Assembly: GCA_002011035.2 (NCBI GenBank)
Contig: MTLY02000001.1
Location: forward strand, 128,001 to 192,000
Direction: 5' to 3'
DNA length: 64,000 bases
DNA from: Candidatus Hecatella orcuttiae
Lineage (GTDB): Archaea > Thermoproteota > Bathyarchaeia > Hecatellales > Hecatellaceae
The stretch's first letter is position 1, and each line of letters starts with the position of its first letter. Positions 58,261-64,000 of the stretch are shown here, piece after piece. The notes below the pieces were generated by a model. That model worked only from the letters and a program-made list of their open reading frames with translations, did no database searches and was not told the origin of the DNA. The position numbers and the translations under genes are program-made.

Positions 58261-59634
58261 GTGGTAAGTTTTCTTGAAGTCTTAGACAGAGCTCACAGCG
58301 GCCCCGTGTGCGAAGTAGGTGAATGGGATAAGAGAGTGATACCAGGGAAGATCATGGAGAAGCTTAAGGAACACGGGCTATCGCGAACATGCAGCCCTGA
58401 AAACCCTGTCAACACGGATGATGGTTTGGCAGATAAGTTCTGGGAAGCCGGCTTCGAGTTCGCCGTGGAGACGGGAATGCTCTGCATCAACACAGAGAGA
58501 GTCATAAAGTTCAGTGAAGAAGAAGTCAAAGAAGCCCTGCGGCTGGCTCCCAAAGAAATCACGGTAGGGGAGAGCAGCGACAAGGTGGTGATAAGAGCCC
58601 GAAGGCCAGAGGACCCTAGGCCGCCGGTTTTCAGGTCGGGGTTTGGAATAGTCTCCGAGGAGCTTTTCATGCCCATAATGCAGGGCATCGCTGAAAACAG
58701 GGTTATAGACATGTTGTCCGCGCTTTCCACATCCACAACCCACGGTCGACCTGTCATAGCAGGCTCACCCTACGAGTCCCTCGCAGGCCTCAACGAGGGA
58801 GCTGCTGTGAAGGAAGTGGCGAGGCGGGTAGGCCGGCCGGGCATCCCTTTCATAGGCCCAGCCCTCAGCCCCACAGAATACGGTCTGCTGGGCGGATATG
58901 GAGCACCTCACAGCTACACGCGGAACGACATGGGGCTGGTCCTCGCCATCACGGAGTTGAAAACCTCCTACGGCTTACTGCATAAGGTTGTCAAGGTTCA
59001 AAGCTATGGAGGCTATGTTTACGGAAACCACTGGTCCATGATAGGCGGCTACGTAGGCCCGCCTGAGGGAGCGGCTGTGGCGGCTGTGGCCGCTACGCTG
59101 CTTCAAGTCCTAGTGCACAGGTGCGCTGTTCCCTGCGGGGTGATTTACGATTTCAGGTATGACGGCAACGTAGGCCGGGAAGCCGTGTGGGCTGCCAGCG
59201 TGGTGGAGCAGGGGGAAAGCCGAAACACCCAGCTCTTGATAGGGGGAATAACCAGCCAGGTTTCAGGCCCGTGCACGGAGGAAATCCTCTACGAAATGGC
59301 CGTGGGAGCCATCGAACAGGCTGTGTCCGGGTGCGCAGCCAACATAGGAAACCGCTCCGCGGGAGGAAAACACAAAGACCACGTAAGCCCGCTGGAGCAG
59401 AAGTTCGGCGCAGAGGTTGTCAAGGCATGTGCGGGGATGAAACGCTCAGACGCCAATGAGGCTGTGAAGGCCCTTCTGCCGAAATATGAAAGCAAGCTGA
59501 GAAATCCTCCGCTGGGTAAAACCTTCCCGGAATGCTACGATGTGAAAACCCTCAAACCCAAGGACGATTGGCTCAGCATCTACAAAAAAGTGAAAAGAGA
59601 ACTGGTGGACCTAGGCGTACCTTTAGACGTTTAA
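58261..59634 (+). CDS. mtmB: MtmB-family methyltransferase, non-pyrrolysine, second paralogue
   Basis: GRPVIAGSPYE, GRPGIPFIGP, ELK, GGY.GPPEG, SGP.TE..LYE, P.GKTF.ECYD; no in-frame TAG. Confidence 0.9.
   Translation: MVSFLEVLDRAHSGPVCEVGEWDKRVIPGKIMEKLKEHGLSRTCSPENPVNTDDGLADKFWEAGFEFAVETGMLCINTERVIKFSEEEVKEALRLAPKEITVGESSDKVVIRARRPEDPRPPVFRSGFGIVSEELFMPIMQGIAENRVIDMLSALSTSTTHGRPVIAGSPYESLAGLNEGAAVKEVARRVGRPGIPFIGPALSPTEYGLLGGYGAPHSYTRNDMGLVLAITELKTSYGLLHKVVKVQSYGGYVYGNHWSMIGGYVGPPEGAAVAAVAATLLQVLVHRCAVPCGVIYDFRYDGNVGREAVWAASVVEQGESRNTQLLIGGITSQVSGPCTEEILYEMAVGAIEQAVSGCAANIGNRSAGGKHKDHVSPLEQKFGAEVVKACAGMKRSDANEAVKALLPKYESKLRNPPLGKTFPECYDVKTLKPKDDWLSIYKKVKRELVDLGVPLDV
58427..58466 (+). repeat. 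40-bp exact inverted repeat, partner of 54272-54311
   Basis: Direct comparison; contains the 12-bp palindrome GAAGCCGGCTTC. Confidence 0.9.
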
Positions 59635-59698
59635 ACATCCTGAAACCGGATCTCCGACAAATCCGGTGAAAATTTAAATACCAGAATCCCTAAACAGA

Positions 59699-60844
59699 AT
59701 GCGTTTAAAGGAGGATTTTGATCTCATGGCAACCCAAACATCCAGAAGAAGTGCTCTTAAATACGGTGTTGCTGCGGTTGTGGCTGTGGTGGTGGCTGGT
59801 GTGGGCGGTTACGCCGCCTGGCAGGCTACAAGGCCGGCTCCAGCCCCCACACCGACGCCTGCACCGACGCCTACGCCGACGCCCACACCCACGCCAACAC
59901 CGGCACCTACCCCCACACCAACACCGACACCGACACCCACACCCGCGCCTACTCCAATAAAAGTTGCAATGTCCTTGGATGCGGGAGCCGATATACCGGG
60001 ATGGAGCCATTCAGGATATCTCGCTTTGAAACATGTGGAAGAGAAGTTTGGAGCGGAGATTTCGTATTCTGAATTCATACCTTTCGCTGACGCTGAACGG
60101 GATTTGAAACAGTTTGCCGCCGCGGGATTCGACCTAGTTTGGGGCCACGGAGGCCAGTATGACGACGCGGCGGCTAGGGCGGCTGAGGAGTTTCCGGACA
60201 CCTATTTTATGACCACTGGCTGCCGGACGTCTGCCCCTAATCTCCGAGCCTATGATCCAAAGTGGCATGAAATGACATACTTAGGCGGATTGTTGGCGGG
60301 TTTGATGACGAAAACCGGCAAGATAGGTGTGGTCAACGGAGGGGAGTTCCCGGTTATAAAAATGCTCACCAACGGCTTCATCTTGGGAGTGGAGGCGGCT
60401 AACCCTCAAGCGGAAGTGATAGTCTCCTACGTGGGGTCTTTCATCGAGCCGGTTAAGGGAAAAGACTTCGCTACCTCTCAGATAAACGCTGGAAGCGACA
60501 TCATCGCCTCCTGGGCCGGTTTCTCCTCCACTGGAATCTTCGAAGCCGCGCGCGAACGGGAAGGAATTTACGTGGTATCAGAGCATCAAGACTACTTTGA
60601 AATGGGTAAAGACGTGTCCATCGCCACCTACGTCTTCAACTTCATTCCGCTGCTCGAGGAAACTGTTCAAAGCATCCTAGAAAACAACTTTCAAGGAGGC
60701 ACGTTTACGCCTGGAATAAAAGAGGGAGTTCTTGACCTTCGCATAAACACAGAGCTGGTTCCCTCGGACATAGCAGAGACCGTGATGAAGGCGAGGCAGG
60801 ATATCATCGACGGTGTGCTCGTGGTACCGGAAATATGGGATTAA
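59699..60844 (+). CDS. BMP/Med-family (nucleoside-type) ABC solute-binding protein
   Basis: GW...G, GHG.Q, A.EFPD..F, YL.G.LAG.MTKTGKIG.V.G, GSF..P.KG; SRRSALKY leader and PT linker; likely start ATG 59726. Confidence 0.9.
   Translation: MRLKEDFDLMATQTSRRSALKYGVAAVVAVVVAGVGGYAAWQATRPAPAPTPTPAPTPTPTPTPTPTPAPTPTPTPTPTPTPAPTPIKVAMSLDAGADIPGWSHSGYLALKHVEEKFGAEISYSEFIPFADAERDLKQFAAAGFDLVWGHGGQYDDAAARAAEEFPDTYFMTTGCRTSAPNLRAYDPKWHEMTYLGGLLAGLMTKTGKIGVVNGGEFPVIKMLTNGFILGVEAANPQAEVIVSYVGSFIEPVKGKDFATSQINAGSDIIASWAGFSSTGIFEAAREREGIYVVSEHQDYFEMGKDVSIATYVFNFIPLLEETVQSILENNFQGGTFTPGIKEGVLDLRINTELVPSDIAETVMKARQDIIDGVLVVPEIWD
59788..59904 (+). repeat. 117-bp exact direct repeat, copy 2 (copy 1 at 4264-4380)
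   Basis: Base-by-base identity over TM end, WQATR and the first half of the PT linker. Confidence 0.92.
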
Positions 60845-60930
60845 CGTCGGAAGGAACTAAACACCTAGAAAACGGAAGCAGAGGCCGTAGGTGCTAACCT
60901 ACCTACCTTTTTTTATAAAGGGCTCTTGGA

Positions 60931-61854
60931 TTATCTTGCTCTCTTGTATGGAACGGTTAGAGCTTTTGGGAATTCGGCTTTTCTGCCTATGGCGACCATC
61001 ATCGATATTGTCAGAAGATACGGCAGCATGGACAAGAATTGATACGGCACCATCACTCCCAATGCTTGAATGTGTATTTGAAGGGCTTCAGCCCCCCCGA
61101 AGATGAGCGCCCCTAAAATTGCGCGGGCAGGATTCCACTTGCTGAAGACCACGATTGCTATGGCTATGAACCCTCGACCTGCCACCATGTTGTGGGTGAA
61201 CAGCCCCACATGGGCGATGCTCAGGTAGCAGCCTCCTAAGCCGGCCATGGCTGCGCTTACAAGGATGGTGATAGACCTAACCCAGTTTACGTTAATAGCT
61301 GCATTTTCCGCAGCCAACGGGTTTTCTCCCACCGCTCGGATGTTTAAGCCGAATGTTGTTTTGAACAAAATTAACCAGAAAAGGGCGACAGCTAATATTG
61401 AAGCGTACACCAGAAAGTTCTGCTGAAACAGGACAGGGCCTATGAAAGGCAGCTTACTGAGGTATGGCACTGGAATTGCCTCCAACGTCTTTATGGTGGG
61501 GAATTGAGGTAAACCTGCAACATACCATTTCAGCAGGAAAGTGGAGGCTCCCAGTCCCAGAAGCCAAATTCCAACCCCGTTGATCACCTGGTCAACGTGT
61601 AGCAGGATGACGATGACGAGGGTTGCTAAGCCGAAAAGTAGCCCGCCTGCAAGGGCTGCTCCTAAGCCGATGTAGGGGCTGCCTGTGATGTGTGTTGCTA
61701 TGAGGCCTAGGGAGGCGCCCATCAGCATTATTCCCTCTATCCCCAAATTGAGCACACCGGATCGTTGGGACAAAGTCTCTCCAAGGGCGGGCAGTAGAAT
61801 GGGAACCATCATGTGAACGGCGGTGGCGAGGACGAACACTATAAACTCTGACAT
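60931..61854 (-). CDS. Nucleoside/simple-sugar ABC permease (NupC-like)
   Basis: ALGE..SQRSGVLNLGIEG.ML.GA, RAVGENP.AA, GRGFIA.A.V.F..W.P, MLPY. Confidence 0.92.
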   Translation of the reverse strand: MSEFIVFVLATAVHMMVPILLPALGETLSQRSGVLNLGIEGIMLMGASLGLIATHITGSPYIGLGAALAGGLLFGLATLVIVILLHVDQVINGVGIWLLGLGASTFLLKWYVAGLPQFPTIKTLEAIPVPYLSKLPFIGPVLFQQNFLVYASILAVALFWLILFKTTFGLNIRAVGENPLAAENAAINVNWVRSITILVSAAMAGLGGCYLSIAHVGLFTHNMVAGRGFIAIAIVVFSKWNPARAILGALIFGGAEALQIHIQALGVMVPYQFLSMLPYLLTISMMVAIGRKAEFPKALTVPYKRAR

Positions 61855-61870
61855 TCTCGCATACCTCCCT

Positions 61871-62884
61871 TTAGAACAATTTCATCTTCTCCATCATCGA
61901 GTCGATGCCCAGCATGAAAATCAGAATGAAAGCTTGGAGGACGTACATGAAAGCGCCAGGTATGACGGTCATGGAGGTCATGGCGGAGCTGCCGACTATC
62001 AGTCCTCCGAAGAAAATGCCTGTGAGAACCACTGCGATGGGATGCAGCCTGCCGAGCAGGGCGACGATGATGGCGAAATATCCGTAGCCGGGGGAGATGT
62101 TGTTAACCAGCCGGTAATGGACACCGGACACTTCTCCCATTCCCGCCATCCCTGCCAAGCCTCCGCTGAGGATCACAGCATATATGGTGTATCTGGTGAC
62201 GTTTATCCCGCCGTATCTGGCAGCTAGAGGATTGGAGCCGGTAGACCTTATTCTGTACCCGAAGATCGTTTTCTGCAGAACCAAGTACACGAGTATGGAG
62301 AGGGCAACCGCCACGATGAAGCCTGCATGCAACCTTGTTCCCGGGATCAATTTCGGTAACTGTGCAGCTGGTAGGATGGGAGGTGTACGGGGGAAAAGGG
62401 CGCCCTCCTCTTTTAACAAGTCTTCCACCAGAAAGCTCACAAACAGAAGTGCTATGAAGTTCATCATCAAGGTGGTGATTATCTCATTCACCTGCAGTTT
62501 AGCCTTCAAGTATCCGGGGATCACTCCCCACATTGCACCCGCCATGAAGCTGGCAGAAAATAGCAGGGGAAGCATAAGGCTGAAAGGTGCTTTAACACTC
62601 ATTCCAAGCCAAGCGGCGATGGCGGCTCCTAGGAGCAGTTGACCCTCCGCCCCAATGTTCCAAAATTTACATCTGAAGGCTACAATTATCCCTAAGGCTG
62701 CTAAGATGAGAGGTGTAGCCACGGTTAAGGTTTCAGCCACCCCGTAAAGAGAACCGAAGGCGTTGGAAAAAAAGACCCCATATGCCATCATGGGGTCTAC
62801 TCCCATGGCTGCGATGAGAAAAGCGGAGGCTGCGAACGCTAAACCTATTTCCGCCACGATGGCGAGGATCTTTCTTCCTTTCAT
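61871..62884 (-). CDS. Nucleoside/simple-sugar ABC permease (NupB-like)
   Basis: ATPLI, AFR...WNIGAEGQ, NEIITTLM.N, G.N..AARY.GI, GYG..AI.VALLG..HP. Confidence 0.92.
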   Translation of the reverse strand: MKGRKILAIVAEIGLAFAASAFLIAAMGVDPMMAYGVFFSNAFGSLYGVAETLTVATPLILAALGIIVAFRCKFWNIGAEGQLLLGAAIAAWLGMSVKAPFSLMLPLLFSASFMAGAMWGVIPGYLKAKLQVNEIITTLMMNFIALLFVSFLVEDLLKEEGALFPRTPPILPAAQLPKLIPGTRLHAGFIVAVALSILVYLVLQKTIFGYRIRSTGSNPLAARYGGINVTRYTIYAVILSGGLAGMAGMGEVSGVHYRLVNNISPGYGYFAIIVALLGRLHPIAVVLTGIFFGGLIVGSSAMTSMTVIPGAFMYVLQAFILIFMLGIDSMMEKMKLF

Positions 62885-63159
62885 CTAACTCATCATCAAC
62901 GGTTTTACCTTTTCTAACTTTATTATAGGGAATTTAAGGTTTTCCAAAAAAAATCGGCAGACATATTCAGCCGTCTTCAACTCCCATGGAGAAACTATAA
63001 AAAACCAGCTCTACCTGTCTGGGTTTCGGAAAGGCTTAAATCACTCTAACAGCAAGAGGCTTTCAACACCATGTCTACAATCGGTTGCCTTCAACAATTT
63101 GAAGGAGCAAAGCCGAAGGCGAACACCATCCATTAACCAGCGGGATAGGGGGAGTTACC

Positions 63160-63822
63160 GTGAAGTCAAAAAGGCATCAAAAATCAGGTGAAGTACTGGG
63201 GAAGGTCAACAGCTGCATAGTCAACTTCGACGTGGAAGGCCTCCGGCAGGCCTGCCGGGAAGCCTTAGACGAAGGCATCCCTCCTGCTGAAATTTTTAGG
63301 GAAATGGCGAGGGGCATGGAGGTCATCGGCCGGAATTACGAACGTGGAGAATACTACCTTTCTGAGCTGATCGCAGCAGGGGAGACCATGAAGGAGGGAA
63401 TGCGGATAGTGGAGCCGCATCTTAAAACTGCCGATTACAAAGCAGCGGGCAAGGTGCTCATAGGAACGGTTAAGGGAGACCTTCATGACATAGGAAAAGA
63501 CATAGTCATAGCGCTTCTGAAGTCCGCAGGCTTTGAGGTCGTCGACCTAGGCATAGACGTGCCTTCGGAGAAGTTCGTGGAGGAGGTTCGCAGGGTTAAA
63601 CCCGACATCCTCGGACTGTCCGGCTTACTGACGCCTTCCATGATGGAAATGGAAAACGTCATCCGAAGGCTTACTCAGGAAGGCCTCAGGGAAAAAGTCA
63701 AGGTCATCCTCGGCGGCTATCCCATCAAAGAAGATTTCGCCCGGAAGGTGGGAGCCGACGCCGGCGTGAACGACGTGGCTTTAGGCGTGAAAATCTGCAA
63801 AGAGTGGATTAAATCCAAATAG
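63160..63822 (+). CDS. Methyltransferase corrinoid protein
   Basis: GM..IG..YE.GEY.L.EL..AG; GTVKGDLHDIGKDIV, DLG.DVP, SGLLT. Confidence 0.95.
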   Translation: MKSKRHQKSGEVLGKVNSCIVNFDVEGLRQACREALDEGIPPAEIFREMARGMEVIGRNYERGEYYLSELIAAGETMKEGMRIVEPHLKTADYKAAGKVLIGTVKGDLHDIGKDIVIALLKSAGFEVVDLGIDVPSEKFVEEVRRVKPDILGLSGLLTPSMMEMENVIRRLTQEGLREKVKVILGGYPIKEDFARKVGADAGVNDVALGVKICKEWIKSK

Positions 63823-63830
63823 CCTTGCCT

Positions 63831-64000
63831 TTAACGGTATTTCCCATATTCTTCGGCTGCCTGAATCAGCGCGTCTAGGTTCTCCGGAGGGGTGTTGGCT
63901 GTGACCTCGCAGGAAGAACTCAGGATGAAGCGCCCCCCGGGGGATGTCTCCAAGACGCAGGCCTTTGCCATCTGAAAGACTTCCTCCTTTGGGCTGAAGG
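63831..64000 (-). CDS. C-terminus of a uroporphyrinogen decarboxylase/MtaA-MtbA (MT2) family protein (5' part outside the window)
   Basis: ...AKACVLETSPGGRFILSSSCEVTANTPPENLDALIQAAEEYGKYR* matches GG.FILS.GC.....TP.EN..A. Confidence 0.85.
   Translation of the reverse strand, partial: FSPKEEVFQMAKACVLETSPGGRFILSSSCEVTANTPPENLDALIQAAEEYGKYR

Noticed and set aside
53095-59634. Pyrrolysine read-through in mtmB, or evidence of methanogenesis
   Set aside because: Both ORFs are uninterrupted; no pyl or mcr genes in the window

Overview
Archaeal chromosomal window, most likely Bathyarchaeia or another TACK lineage (inference from BHB-type tRNA introns, Cgi121/Trm112/THUMP, HerA-NurA, a single-OB SSB, archaeal pilins, frequent TTG/GTG starts and pyrrolysine-free MtmB homologues). 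In order it holds: a xanthine-dehydrogenase-family molybdoenzyme (L/S/M) with a MoaD-like gene and a carbohydrate ABC importer; a type IV pilus/Tad operon with a putative RHH regulator; lplA with 2-oxoacid/acetoin dehydrogenase E1a/E1b/E2; an AT-rich secreted multidomain gene beside tRNA-Arg; a PurR-like PRTase and mtnA; GT2 and GT-C glycosyltransferases; herA-nurA; glnA/Lrp; SSB; an alpha-ribazole salvage locus (cblT-cblS) facing an RHH-CblS fusion; a tRNA-modification cluster with tRNA-Glu, a three-intron tRNA-Met and an intron-containing tRNA-Thr; and pgk. The right end (52.4-64 kb) is a corrinoid methyl-transfer island: two non-Pyl MtmB paralogues, two corrinoid proteins, a UroD/MtaA-family gene, a TudS-related desulfidase, and THI5/NMT1-type and BMP (nucleoside)-type ABC importers. 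This island is the best candidate for an undescribed system, possibly catabolism of methylated or thiolated nucleosides/bases. Other notable signals are a 117-bp exact duplication of a membrane-anchor/Pro-Thr linker module shared by two unrelated binding proteins 55 kb apart, and a 40-bp exact inverted tract shared by the two mtmB paralogues. No CRISPR array, rRNA, transposase or integrase was recognised. All family calls are from motif recognition by eye, without database searches.
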